DNA of 64,000 nucleotides from Paraphysomonas bandaiensis (GCA_965644295.1 CBFFRP010000376.1:62001-126000); one strand, 5' to 3'; shown: positions 11,651 to 23,118, counted from the first letter of the stretch. Translations and numbers: made by a program. The notes: generated by a model from the sequence alone, not told the origin.

Positions 11651-12460
11651 ATGGCGCTGGATGCGTCGGATGTGGACACCCCGCGCGGAGTGTCGGCTAA
11701 GGAAGAGGTCAAGCGCCTGAGGACTCTCATCGTGCACAAGAGTGCCGAAACTCTGGAAGCCCTCGCTAAAGCAAAATTCACAGAGATGGATGTAGACCAG
11801 AATGGTTTTCTTGAGAACAAGGAATTGAAGTCTGTTGTGGAATGGGTTCTTACCTGCTATACTGATAAAGTCGGAGATGAGGAAGAATTCAAAGTCAAAA
11901 TGATGGAACGCTTGGATGCTAACAAGGACGGAAAACTCGATATTGTGGAATTCGAAACTCTTTTCAAGGAGATGATTAATCGCATGCTTCTCATGCAACG
12001 TGCGAAGGCGAAATTTCTGGAGTTTGACACCAACAAGAACGGTCGAATCGAAGGGAACGAAATCTTAGATGTGGTGAAATGGACTATGCAAGTGTACCCA
12101 GGAGATGACCAGTTTGCTATGCCGGATAAATTAATATCTATGTTTGATGCCAATAAGGACAATTCACTTGATCTGAAAGAGTTTTCAGATGTCTTCGAAA
12201 AGATGCTAATTCGTCTCGAACTTATTGAGAAGGCTCGCGCTAAATTCCGGGAACTGGACTCGAATTCCAGTGGCACACTGGAAGCCAATGAGATTGACAC
12301 TTTAGTGTCATGGGTTCTCGAATCTGACCATCTAACGACTGTAAAGGACAAGACAAGTTTTAAACAACAGATAATGGGTACATTCGATTCTAACGGTGAC
12401 GGTATGATTGACCTTCCAGAGTTTACCAATCTTTTCACGAGTACTCTAATAGAAACATGA
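11651..12460 (+). CDS. Six-EF-hand Ca2+-binding protein (three tandem EF-pair modules)
   Basis: Loops DVDQNGFLENKE, DANKDGKLDIVE, DTNKNGRIEGNE, DANKDNSLDLKE, DSNSSGTLEANE, DSNGDGMIDLPE. Confidence 0.92.
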   Translation: MALDASDVDTPRGVSAKEEVKRLRTLIVHKSAETLEALAKAKFTEMDVDQNGFLENKELKSVVEWVLTCYTDKVGDEEEFKVKMMERLDANKDGKLDIVEFETLFKEMINRMLLMQRAKAKFLEFDTNKNGRIEGNEILDVVKWTMQVYPGDDQFAMPDKLISMFDANKDNSLDLKEFSDVFEKMLIRLELIEKARAKFRELDSNSSGTLEANEIDTLVSWVLESDHLTTVKDKTSFKQQIMGTFDSNGDGMIDLPEFTNLFTSTLIET

Positions 12461-12821
12461 TCGGTATGTAACGTGCTGATAGTGTGTGGAATGTCCACTA
12501 TTTATAAGTATACATGTTTCCATTCTTAATATATCAGCGAAGCGCTCTTTTTAGTCCTAATATAATAATGTTATTATATATCCTTCTCAAAAGATGACAG
12601 CTTCACAGTCAATGAATAACAGAGTTATGAAGTAGGTAGTGGTGACTGGCAAATTGCAGGATTACTTTTCCATATATATTTGAGTGAGAAAAATATATAC
12701 TAGACACGTACTTCGAGTACATGATATAAGAGTTGATGATTACTGCTCTCTGGTGTGTAAAATGTGATGAAGAATGTGTCTTATAGTGTATTTATATACG
12801 TACCAATATATCAGTGAAGCC

Positions 12822-13346
12822 AGTAGTAATAAATGTCTTACTATTAGCAATAGGCGCTGAAGTACCAGAACTAAAACAGCATTGCAATTTAACTAGCTAG
12901 CTAACTAGTGCTCAACTCTGATATCCTATTATTTAGCGCTACGATAGCTGCTTGTGACTGCAGAAACCAAGGTGCAACCACTTTTTCTCTATCACTCAAA
13001 GAAAACGCTGTGATCAAACAGAATGTTGATATACCTGACATCTACTGACTTCAGGATATTGACTCCTTAGTATGAACAGCCCGGATGCTTGATTTCAGCA
13101 GGCAGCCCAATACCCCGGATGCCCTTGAGGTGGGCCTATTTCCGGTGCCTGTTTATTCGTCAAGGCTCAAAGACGTCTACATAAGTAACACATATATTAG
13201 TGTCCCTTGTACCACACAAGCATTAGGCTATGAATGGGCAGTACTATATCTGCTGACTATATGTGCGGCTCATGTTATTTTCGCGGAGGAATATATATCC
13301 CCCAGAACACCACGAGAAGGTGCGAGTTCGACTTTGTTTAGGGGGG
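12822..13346 (-). mobile_element. Non-autonomous retroposon copy C
   Basis: Minus-strand head CCCCCCTAAACAAAGTCGAACTCGCACCTTCTCGTGGTGTTCTGGGGG; same body and tail as the other copies. Confidence 0.9.
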
Positions 13347-13753
13347 ACAGTATGTTTACGCGATAATCTAATCAATACACTCTTAATACTGAAAGTGTGA
13401 ATATTTACTACATGCATATACCGACCGTATTACATGCTAGATAAAAAATTGGAGCAGTTGGGTACATTTTGATCTAGTACTATTTATTTAATTTCTTGAA
13501 ATGTTATCACGATTTATATATTTTAAGCCGTATATAACCTAATGGAAATATGCTATTCCGCAAGCATGAGTCCCTTACTACATCACTTTACTTCCTCTTT
13601 ATTCTATCGGTGAAAAATTTTAATTAGTTATGTACTATTGAATACAGTGGTGGTACTAGTTTGCAGCTGCTAAAACATGATATTTAAACAGCAATGATAT
13701 AAGATATGTACTGTGTATGCATGAAGGAACACTAACTCAAGGCAAAGAGATAT

Positions 13754-15151
13754 TTATCGTCGGCCCAAAAATATCCATCTTCTACACACTACAGCACAGA
13801 GTGATAACAGAACGATTATAGGAACAGGTTGCAGTAAGTATGAAGACAGCGATGTGGTATCGGTGGTGGCCGCGGGCACACACGACTGGCCAGAGGAATC
13901 AACGGAAGCTCGGGGAATTGGAGCACTCTGGGTTGACTTCAGACTTTTTGCCTTCACGGATTGCGAAGACTGCTTATTTCCACTGGATGCAGTATTAGTA
14001 TTAGACCCAATATCTTCGATGTCTCTGGTGACTGTTTCTGGGCTAACGGCTGAAGGATTCTTCAATGCTAACTGCCCACAGGCGCCGGCAATATCCTGCC
14101 CCATTTCCTGTCGCACACGAGAAAATATCTGATACTCGTCTGAAGTACAGATCTGGTAGAACCGATCAATACTGTCCTGAGTGGGGGGCTCAAAGTTTTG
14201 ACCGGGAACATCCGTGGGATTGTAAGGGATCAAATTCAATAAGATATGTTTCCTGCGAGGAGCTAAGAGTTTACCTAGTTCGTGTGCATGCTCCTCAAGG
14301 TCGTTCACATCTTTGATGAGGATGTATTCGATCATGACACTTGTCACCTTCATTAAGGTGCGCTTGTTGGGCTTAGATCGACTGACGTGATAGTCGATGG
14401 CATCAATAAGTTTATCAATATGATGCCCAGCAGCGGCAGGAACGATTTTCAATCGTACCTCCTGATTCGGTGCATGTAGAGAGAGTGCCAGGTTAACGTT
14501 TGTAAGCTCATCGGTGAGTCGTTTCATATACTTGACAACTCCGACGGTGGAAACCGTGACGTGTCTTGCAGAGAGCCCAAGGCGCTTGGAGTCCACTAAA
14601 AATTCAACGGCCAACTTGACATTCTCGTAGTTATTTAGAGGTTCACCCATTCCCATAAACACAACGTTGCGAACCTTGGAAACTTGATTAGCGTATACGA
14701 CCTGCTCAACTATTTCACCGGACGTAAGATCGCCGATGATTCCCATTGTACCAGTAGCACAAAACCTGCACCCCATTTGGCAGCCGACCTGCGACGAAAC
14801 ACACACTGTAGTGTGTCCAAGATGTTGAATGACAACAGTCTCAATACGATGCCCATCCTGCAGCTCAATGAGCAACTTTGTGGTGTCTCCCCTCGATGAC
14901 ACTGACTTCTCAACAACCTTTGAGGTAAACTGCGAAAATCCCTCTTTCAGTTCCTTCTCAACAGCTTTTGGTACACACCATTCTCGCATAGGAACATCCT
15001 GTAGAGCGACATCAGGATGCGCAATCATCCACTTCCAAAGCTTGTACTTGTGCTTCGAGCTGCTGTTATGTTTAGAGAAGACGTTGGACACGCTGACCTC
15101 ATCCCAGATCGACTTGTGCACTAAATCCGCATTCTTTCTCCTAGGCGCCAT
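13754..15151 (-). CDS. rlmN: RlmN/Cfr-family (class A) radical SAM RNA methyltransferase with C-terminal hydrophobic anchor
   Basis: CVSSQVGCQMGCRFCATG (CxxxCxxC), VFMGMGEP, SLHA, NLIPYNP, GQDIAGACGQL; intronless. Confidence 0.93.
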   Translation of the reverse strand: MAPRRKNADLVHKSIWDEVSVSNVFSKHNSSSKHKYKLWKWMIAHPDVALQDVPMREWCVPKAVEKELKEGFSQFTSKVVEKSVSSRGDTTKLLIELQDGHRIETVVIQHLGHTTVCVSSQVGCQMGCRFCATGTMGIIGDLTSGEIVEQVVYANQVSKVRNVVFMGMGEPLNNYENVKLAVEFLVDSKRLGLSARHVTVSTVGVVKYMKRLTDELTNVNLALSLHAPNQEVRLKIVPAAAGHHIDKLIDAIDYHVSRSKPNKRTLMKVTSVMIEYILIKDVNDLEEHAHELGKLLAPRRKHILLNLIPYNPTDVPGQNFEPPTQDSIDRFYQICTSDEYQIFSRVRQEMGQDIAGACGQLALKNPSAVSPETVTRDIEDIGSNTNTASSGNKQSSQSVKAKSLKSTQSAPIPRASVDSSGQSCVPAATTDTTSLSSYLLQPVPIIVLLSLCAVVCRRWIFLGRR

Positions 15152-15312
15152 TATGGTTTAGTCGAATAATCCGTTTGAATGTGTGTGAATTGAAGTAATT
15201 CTGTAGATAAGTTGCTTGATGTATAGCACACAGAGACCCGCTTGAGGGCGGTGAGTTTATAAAGTGAAGTGCGGGATGAACGGATCGGATCGTCCCCAGC
15301 CAACCGTATGTT

Positions 15313-15334
15313 GTATACGGCACTGTGTAGCATA
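15313..15334. promoter_or_regulatory. Candidate quasi-palindromic promoter element (TATACRGYACYGTATA)
   Basis: 21/22 identical to 41272-41293; related copies at 53878-53899 and 28926-28944, all in divergent spacers. Confidence 0.5.
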
Positions 15335-15449
15335 AACTATACAGCAGACTGTGTGTATAGAACAGCGTACACCACAGTATTCTTCCGCTTCTTTCTCAGA
15401 ACTCCATTGTATTCCACAGCACTACAGTATGCACATCGCATTCCAGGAC

Positions 15450-15476
15450 AAAAAAAAGGTACAGTGTAGGCAAAAA
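15450..15476 (-). terminator. Pol III oligo-T terminators of the 5S gene
   Basis: T5 at the 5S 3' end (15472-15476) and a second T8 run at 15450-15457. Confidence 0.75.
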
Positions 15477-15594
15477 CGGACAGTACCCGGACTTCGCACG
15501 TGGTCACCCACCGTACTACTAACCGGGCCAGATGCAACTTAACTTCCGCGAGCGGAACGAGAGCGGGTGCGGTTTGCATTGTATGACCGTCCAT
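15476..15594 (-). rRNA. RNA5S: 5S rRNA gene (119 nt), single copy in window
   Basis: ATGGACGGTCATAC...GAAGTTAAG...TAGTAGTACGGTGGGTGACCACGTGCGAAG...ACTGTCCGT; helices I-V pair; TATATA 21-26 nt upstream. Confidence 0.96.
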
Positions 15595-15781
15595 ACCGGG
15601 CACACCTCGTTCACTATATACTAACCTAACCTATCACACCCATCTATAGGACGAGCATGTACAGCATGGATAGCAGTGTGGGAAATATATATGAATATAC
15701 AGGAAAGCGAGTGAGCAGATGTCGATATATGGCACGCTCGGCTAATAGGGGAATGTTAGGTCGTGCTGTGTGATCGCATCG

Positions 15782-17391
15782 ATGGTAGGTGTAAAGAAGA
15801 GGGCGGACAGAGAGGGCAGGCGGTGGCCTGTGGTCCTGTATATCATCACTGGTCTGGTTATTGTGTGGTCAGTGTTCTCTCTGCACTATAGGGCGGTGCT
15901 GTCGAGACAGGAGACAGCCCCTGAGGACCGTGTAGACCATATTAGTCATGGGGAGCAACTGCAATTGAGGTCAAATGGACGAAACGATGTGCATATCGGA
16001 GACCTCAATCAGAGCAGTCAGATACATGAACCGCAACACACTCGCTCTAATACTAATCCAATTAACGAGAATATGTTCGGTGTGGATAGAGGAGCATCAG
16101 AAGACATACATGTCGTATTCTCAACAGATTGTAGTCCTTATCAGGACTGGCAGACGCTTTTATTGTTTCACTCTGGCAGAGCAGTGCAACAGAAAGGTAC
16201 GATGACTCGAATAGCTAGTGGGTGCACTGAAGACAAAAAAGCAAAGCTTGTGGACTTGTACAAAAGTCTTCATCCTAAGTATCATATTCATTTTACTCCG
16301 GATTATAAAACAGATGCAAAGACAAAAAAGAAGTATGAATTTTATAATAAACCATTCGGTATGCTGCATTGGTTAGAGAACGCTGATCCACCGATATTAA
16401 ATGGAACGATAATTGCACTCGTCGATCCGGATTTCGTATTTTTGCGCCCACTCACACCTGAGATGGCAGGTCAAGCTAACACAATTGTAAGTGGGGCAGT
16501 AACTAACGCTGATATATTTGAACGGGTGAAGCCCGGCAGGGCAGTGGCTCAACAGTATGGCTTAGGTGCGCCATGGGTTCAAGATAGTAACCGCGAGCTC
16601 AATCGTACCAGAATATGTGGTCCACACTCCCCGTGTTTACGGGTACCAAGTCAACGTGATGGAAGTAAGTACTATTCTGTTGGAGCTCCGTATATATTGG
16701 AGCGCAGTGATATGTATCGCTTAGCACAGTCTTGGGTACGTTTTGTACCTCGGGTCTATGAAGGGTACCCAGATCTATTGGCTGAGATGTTTGCATACTC
16801 CATGGCTGCGGCCCATGAAAACCTTCCTCATTTGCGTGTAGATCATTTTATGGTGTCTAACATAGACGCTGGTGGAGAAGGGTGGCCCTGGGTAGACGCT
16901 CTTGGCGATAATGTATGTGCTCCGCCCGAAAATGGAATATTTTTTCCCTCGCACCCGATGCCTACATTTGTACACTATTGTCAGTTCTTCCGAGCGGCGG
17001 AGTGGGGGTTTCATAAACGACGTGTTTACGGTGATATTTTCTCGTGTCATCGCCCAATGCTTCTGGAGCCACCGAAGGATAGCTGGATAGCGAAAGTCGA
17101 TTATAAAAATAGAGATGGAGAGGTGATACATATGACATATTCGTGGTTTTGAGTATGTTTTGCCAATATATGTATCGATTATATTCAATGTGTGTTATAT
17201 GCACTAATGTTATCATTTTGTTGTAGATTGTCAAAATGTCGCGTACACAAGTTCGGAGAAGTGCGTTTGTTTTATGCGTGCTGCATAGTGCTTTGAATGC
17301 TGCACTGACAGACTACAAAGAGAAGATGTGCACAAACACCACACATGCGAACTACGATAAAAGCACAAATGTTGCACTGATAAAATATTAG
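15782..17391 (+). CDS. HPAT/peptidyl-serine alpha-galactosyltransferase-like (GT95/GT96) type II membrane glycosyltransferase; intron 17123-17226
   Basis: N-terminal TM; HVVFSTDCSPYQDWQ, YNKPFG, DPDFVFLRP, LAEMFAYSMAAAH; last exon 17227-17391 is in frame. Confidence 0.85.
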
Positions 17392-17933
17392 CATTTTGTG
17401 TTTCTCCTCCTGCTGCATGTTTGCTATAGTTTTAAACTGTTCGTACTTCTTTTTGAATCTGCGTGGAAGTTATTGTCTTTAGTGTTAATAATGGAACGAT
17501 AACTAGTTGCTTAGATTTATACTACAATGCGATTATATATTTTACCACAGTGGAATAATCATCACTACTTCTATATTTCAGTGGCATGTCATCTTCTAGG
17601 CAACAGTCAAGAAAATATCAAACAATAAATTTGTAATTGTCTGTATTGATATGTTGATGACATCGTTGCTGCACTTACTGCATTATTAGCTAAATTCACA
17701 TTGTCGTTGCATTATTCATCATTGGTAAACGTAATACCGATCCAATGACCTCTTGAATTCATAGAATAGCTCCTTGGTATTCCAATATATATTAGATTAC
17801 AGACATTCTTTCAGATTGAATAGGCAGACCAGGGCAAAAGAACAATATACTGCTATATAATATTGAAAGCAAGCTTTTCAACAATACTGTTGCAATGTTG
17901 CAATACCTTTTATAATTTATCCAGCTGTTGCAA

Positions 17934-18103
17934 CCCTCAACAAAGACGAACTCGCACATTTTCGTGGTGTTCTGGGAGATAAGTAAGTACTAAAGATATA
18001 TCTTTGGGAAACTAATGTGAGCCGCATATATGTAGTCAGCAGCTACATTCTACATTAGTTCTGACTCTTACACTCCTATTACTATAATAAGATATTCACT
18101 ACT
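17934..18103 (+). mobile_element. Internally deleted retroposon copy D (head joined to tail, ~170 bp)
   Basis: CCCTCAACAAAGACGAACTCGC...GGTGTTCTGGG...AAACTAATGTGAG followed directly by the terminal tail GCTACATTAGTTCTGACTCTTAC-like...TTCACTAC. Confidence 0.85.
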
Positions 18104-18903
18104 CTAATAAATACACACATAATACACTGTGTATAGGAGGTCATTCATATTTTCTGTAAATAATATGGAGGTAAATTATAGTTGTCAGCCTACTATATGA
18201 ATAATGAGCAGCTAATTTAAACAATGACTAATATATTATACCTGCTACTTCATCGAGCTTCCAATACGATAATATATCTCCGATTTCAATGATTGCTATT
18301 GTTGATGCCCTATGCAAACAACTGTGGAGGTCATACCATAGGTTTCTATTGTATCAAACTTATCCTAAGTGTAGTAGAAATTTGTTAAAATATAAAAATA
18401 TCACAGTTGTTCAAATACTAGTGATGTGTTTTACAATAACTCATACTAGTTTTATATCTGCAAGCATTTATTACGAAGTTAAGATCTTTTAGATTTAAAA
18501 AGCACGTGTACAGTTTGTTGTAGTGCATATCAAAAAGGCTAAAATCAAATTATATTGGTTAACAGAAATTATCTCGTGGTGATGTAGAGCATCTACATAA
18601 AGGTGCTTCTTGTATCTTGTAGGATACTTGTAGCACAAACGCACAAAGCACAGACTATAGCTACACTATAGTATGAAATATCAAAAGCTTAAACATTACT
18701 GGAGTGAGCATAAGATTTTTAAATAGCTCGGTGTGTGAGGCAAGTACATAAGTACAAACACTTGATTCGCAAAGAAACAACACTCAACATTTCGATATTG
18801 CTTCAGTGAAATAATATTATATTATTGGGTTTAAAAAAGCTAGCTAATGCGACCAATGTATCCCATTTACATGATTCAATACACAAATTGATAGATATGT
18901 CAC

Positions 18904-21279
18904 TCATAGCCATTTCATTACAACATCATTTAGTCGCTCAAGTGTTATCGGCTTCGTACAAAAATCGTTCATCCCGGCGTTTATGCATATTGTTTTATCT
19001 CTATCCGAGGCGCTCGCTGTTAGTGCCACTATAGGAATTTCATCCTCAGATTCAATTCCATTTTTTCGTTCTGTCATTCTGATACACTGTGATGCCTCAA
19101 TACCATCCATGATGGGCATTAAGCAATCCATGAGTATGAGGTCAAATGTTTGACCAGGAGAATTGAAGAGGTCAAGTGCATCTTTTCCATTCTCCACAAC
19201 GACGACATTCTTGTAGCCAAGACGAGAAAGCATATGTGTGACCACTTTACGGTTGACCACATTGTCTTCTGCGACCATGATACGAGCGTACGTCATTGAA
19301 GAAGACGCATCTAGTCTCGACAATCTCTTTTTCGGGGTTGGGGGACGAATATCTAATACAGCGAAATGTTTCAGCGGAATATTTGCCCATACTTTCGAAC
19401 CGACACCAACAGTAGACTCGATGCCCACAGTACCGCCCATTACCTCAACCAATTGACGAGATATACTAAGACCCAGGCCAGATCCACCGTATTGCCTCGA
19501 CACAGATGCACTGGCCTGCGTAAACGGATTAAACAGAACGGATGTGTCCTCTATCCCTACTCCAGAGTCGACCACTTCCAAATGTATCATATGCATTGTT
19601 GTGTCAGCTTCAAGAGGAGACATAGAAACACTAAGTGTGACACTTCCATGCTCAGTGAACTTTACTGCATTACTCAAAAAGTTCAGTACAACTTGCTTGA
19701 GGCGGTTCGGGTCGCCTTTGTACAAGTTCCTCGTATTTTGCAGACTTGGGTCAATGTGCAGATGCAGTGGGAGGTTTTTCTTATTGGCGTTGTACACCAC
19801 TAGCAGATGAGTTTTTTCCACAACATCTTTCACAAGATCAAAAGGGATATCTTCGAGCTGAATTTTGCCAAGTTCAATTTTCGTCAGATCCAAGATATCG
19901 TTTATCAATGAAAGGAGTGTGTCACTTGAGCTCTCAATCCCTTCCACAAACTCCCTCTGTTGTTCCGTCAATTCTGTCTCCAGAAGAAGTGAAGTCATTC
20001 CAACAACCCCATTTATGGGAGTGCGGATCTCATGACTCATCGTGGCTAGGAATTCAGACTTTATTCTTGACTCATCGATAGCCTTCTGTTCGCGTATAAT
20101 AGCATCACAGCGATCCTTTTCTGCTCGCTGGCACTCCTCCTCCAGCAGACGCTGCTCTGTAACATCACGAGTAAAACATCGTGTATGGATATACTGTCCG
20201 CGATCGTTCAGGTATACGGAACTGTCAATTAGCACATGTCGTACGGACCCATCTTTATGCCTTAGGCGGGCGGGAAATTGTTGAAAATTCTCATTTTTCT
20301 GGATCTTCTCAAGGATAGTCGAAATGACACTCACATCAGTGTGAAAGTCGGCAATTGAAGATCCAATGATTTGTGTGTGATCGTATCCCAAAGTTCCAAT
20401 GTCACTTGCATTAGCCCATATTACTACCCCATCTGTCCCAATCCAATGCAATCCCAACCCTCCTGACTCGGCAAAATATTGGATATCTTCGAATTGCTTC
20501 CGCTTAATCTCATCGGCAGTTATATCCCGCACCACGAACACACCACATACGCTTTCTTCCTTTTCCGTGATCACTGTAGGCATTGTACGGCACACATCCA
20601 CCGCTAAATGCTTGTTGACGCCCGTTTTGGTGCGTATGTCAACCTTATTACACGTCGATGATTCTCCACTCAAGGCCTTTTCAAGCACAAGTGTCATAAT
20701 ATTGCATTTTCCTTCGTCAAACACCTCGGCATAATTCTTCCCGATTGCTTCCGACTTTGAATATTCTGTAAGCTGCTCCAATTCAGTATCCCAAGTGGCT
20801 ATGGTACCATCGGCCAGTACGCTAAATACATCACCTATCCATTCAAAGGGCTGAGTCGTTAGATGTTCCACAGGACGCTCTACCAGGAATGTACCACCAG
20901 CCTTTCCTTTCCGGCAAATAATTGTCTCAATATGCTGACTGGAATTGTCTTTGCGTTGTCTAAAATAACGGGTGCGTGTTTCAGGAATGGCGTAACTGTT
21001 GGATCCAATAATATCATCTACGCGCCACCCTAATATCGTCTCCACTCCTTTCGATATGCTGGTGACTGTACCGCTGCTGTCGAATAGAGTGACTATGAAC
21101 TCCTCTTCAATATCAAGACAGTCAGCGAACTCATCCAACAATCCCCACTTCGAGCTGATCATTAGTGATGAGAGTGATACCTCAGAAGATGTGTGAGACG
21201 AGGATGAGGTGGGGGAGACGTCACTGTCGCTTAACTGGGAACACAGAGAGGTCATCAGCAAGATATTGAACTCCTCCAT
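18904..21279 (-). CDS. Hybrid sensor histidine kinase (PAS x3 - HisKA - HATPase - REC)
   Basis: EFLATMSHEIRTP (H-box), NFLSNAVKFT (N), DSGVGI (G1), GGSGLGL (G2), receiver AEDN..LMDCLMP..KP. A possible upstream exon is not resolved. Confidence 0.95.
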   Translation of the reverse strand: MEEFNILLMTSLCSQLSDSDVSPTSSSSHTSSEVSLSSLMISSKWGLLDEFADCLDIEEEFIVTLFDSSGTVTSISKGVETILGWRVDDIIGSNSYAIPETRTRYFRQRKDNSSQHIETIICRKGKAGGTFLVERPVEHLTTQPFEWIGDVFSVLADGTIATWDTELEQLTEYSKSEAIGKNYAEVFDEGKCNIMTLVLEKALSGESSTCNKVDIRTKTGVNKHLAVDVCRTMPTVITEKEESVCGVFVVRDITADEIKRKQFEDIQYFAESGGLGLHWIGTDGVVIWANASDIGTLGYDHTQIIGSSIADFHTDVSVISTILEKIQKNENFQQFPARLRHKDGSVRHVLIDSSVYLNDRGQYIHTRCFTRDVTEQRLLEEECQRAEKDRCDAIIREQKAIDESRIKSEFLATMSHEIRTPINGVVGMTSLLLETELTEQQREFVEGIESSSDTLLSLINDILDLTKIELGKIQLEDIPFDLVKDVVEKTHLLVVYNANKKNLPLHLHIDPSLQNTRNLYKGDPNRLKQVVLNFLSNAVKFTEHGSVTLSVSMSPLEADTTMHMIHLEVVDSGVGIEDTSVLFNPFTQASASVSRQYGGSGLGLSISRQLVEVMGGTVGIESTVGVGSKVWANIPLKHFAVLDIRPPTPKKRLSRLDASSSMTYARIMVAEDNVVNRKVVTHMLSRLGYKNVVVVENGKDALDLFNSPGQTFDLILMDCLMPIMDGIEASQCIRMTERKNGIESEDEIPIVALTASASDRDKTICINAGMNDFCTKPITLERLNDVVMKWL

Positions 21280-23118
21280 ATCATCATATTCACGACCTAC
21301 ACTGTGCTATGAGGCTTATGTCATTGTCCAGTGTTGATGTGTTGATGCTGTTGAGGGCGTGTGTTGTTCACTATAGTCGACAGCGTGTGTCCACTATGAG
21401 ATTGAGCACTGCGTATGCCCACTCTGACGATATCTACAGGTGGGAATACGGAATATTGACGATGTCCTCACCCACTCCGCTACTACTGAGACATGTCATC
21501 AACTTCACCCGGACACATCCGTATGTATCACTTGGTCTGACAGATAAACCAATAAGATCGGTCAGAGAATTCTGGGAGTGGGATGGTTGGATACACTTTT
21601 TTTAGTATGAAAAACAGACGATCCTCTGCATACGACTGCATGGAGATCAGTGCTGGTCACTGCTGCGCACATCATCCTGAAGACGACTCAACAAACGCAG
21701 TGGAAATAGATGTGACAAGCGCGAGCTGGGTGATGACCCATGCGGTTATATCACAGCTAACGGAAGTGATGCTATGAGTGGGGCATAATCAGTGATGTTG
21801 TCATAAGTTGAATCACGATCATCTCTATAATTGTATCTAGAGGTCACTTCCACATTAAATGCTTTGATTATGGACCCGTTATTATGTGTAGTTTGTGATA
21901 CTACTTTTGATGTCTCTCTGTTATATATATATGTACATATATGTGTGTGGTTGTCGAGTTAACTAGAAGATATTTTAGCCCTCTGTTTTGGGCTGGACCT
22001 GTTTGACTTATAGTATTATAATGTTATGACTTATCAATTACACAATGATAATGCGAGTTACTCTGCCACATTTTTATTTCCAAAACATCTGATGAGACTG
22101 TCCTGTCCAGATTGTTTCTTTTTGCTCAGTAGTGTATTTATTATTTGCAGGGAGTGTTCAGCGAAAAAATTCATATTGTGGATGTTGTTCGAAACGTGTG
22201 CTTAAGTTGTTACATTTATCTTGATTCTCAGGAGTAATGTCGAAAACTAGGGCTAGGGATAAATATATTACAAGAGTATTTTAAATCGAATCACGTCAAT
22301 TCCATCGCAATAGATGTTTAGAAGCTGCACAATACACATTGCAATATATTCACGATATATTGTTGCACAGTAGTAACTTTCTACTCAAAACATTATAGAA
22401 ATATGAATGTATGCGCTTAATAAATAGTAATCTCACTACGTCGCATACTAACCAAGTTTTTTATGGAGTAGGAATCATTTTCGCATTCACAAATCCCGAT
22501 AACATTCAAAATTAATTGAAATGCGTATACATACTATGATAGGTCTAATGCGTACCCTTCCGCAAGCTGTAAGTTTAGCTACAAATAATTGTTCGAACGT
22601 ATTAGATATCAGATTCAGAGGCTACGGGAGTTGCCGTTGAGAGTAGCAAAAGATTCAAACGAGCCAGTTTTTGGTTAAAAACAAGACAAATGAAATCGTA
22701 AAATCGGTGATTCACCAGTGCAGCACAGCTTAGTTTGAGATTCAGAGGGAGATATATCGACATGTATAGGAGTGCCGTTCATACTTCATACATGTCTGCA
22801 GACTGTTCTCTGAACTCTATTTTCTCGTCACAGTCCCTACCAACAGGACAATAGAGCCTCAGAACGAGTATCATTTCTGTAATAAAACATGGTATATACT
22901 TTATGTATAGCATTGGCACTGTAACATGAGTAATTTAGAGTGAGAGTGTGGCACCTACATAGTATACACCAGTGAACAGAATGTCAACGATATTATTACT
23001 AGGTGTTATTTTATTGATAGCGAATCGCAACTATATACTTAAGTATCATGAAGTAGACATCACTATTCACAACGACGACATGATGTAGTCAACATATTAC
23101 CAACTGAGCGAACAAACA

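Noticed and set aside
11857-12498. Long antisense ORFs over real genes (also 14829-15161, 49858-50217)
   Set aside because: Shadow frames of coding sequence with no independent motifs.
15160-15450. Possible spliced-leader or snRNA gene linked to 5S
   Set aside because: No recognisable Sm site with donor, or snRNA motif; the region fits the rlmN promoter/5' UTR.
21309-21777. Plus-strand ORFs upstream of the histidine kinase
   Set aside because: No recognisable motifs; could be kinase 5' UTR or a noncoding divergent transcript, which cannot be supported from sequence alone.
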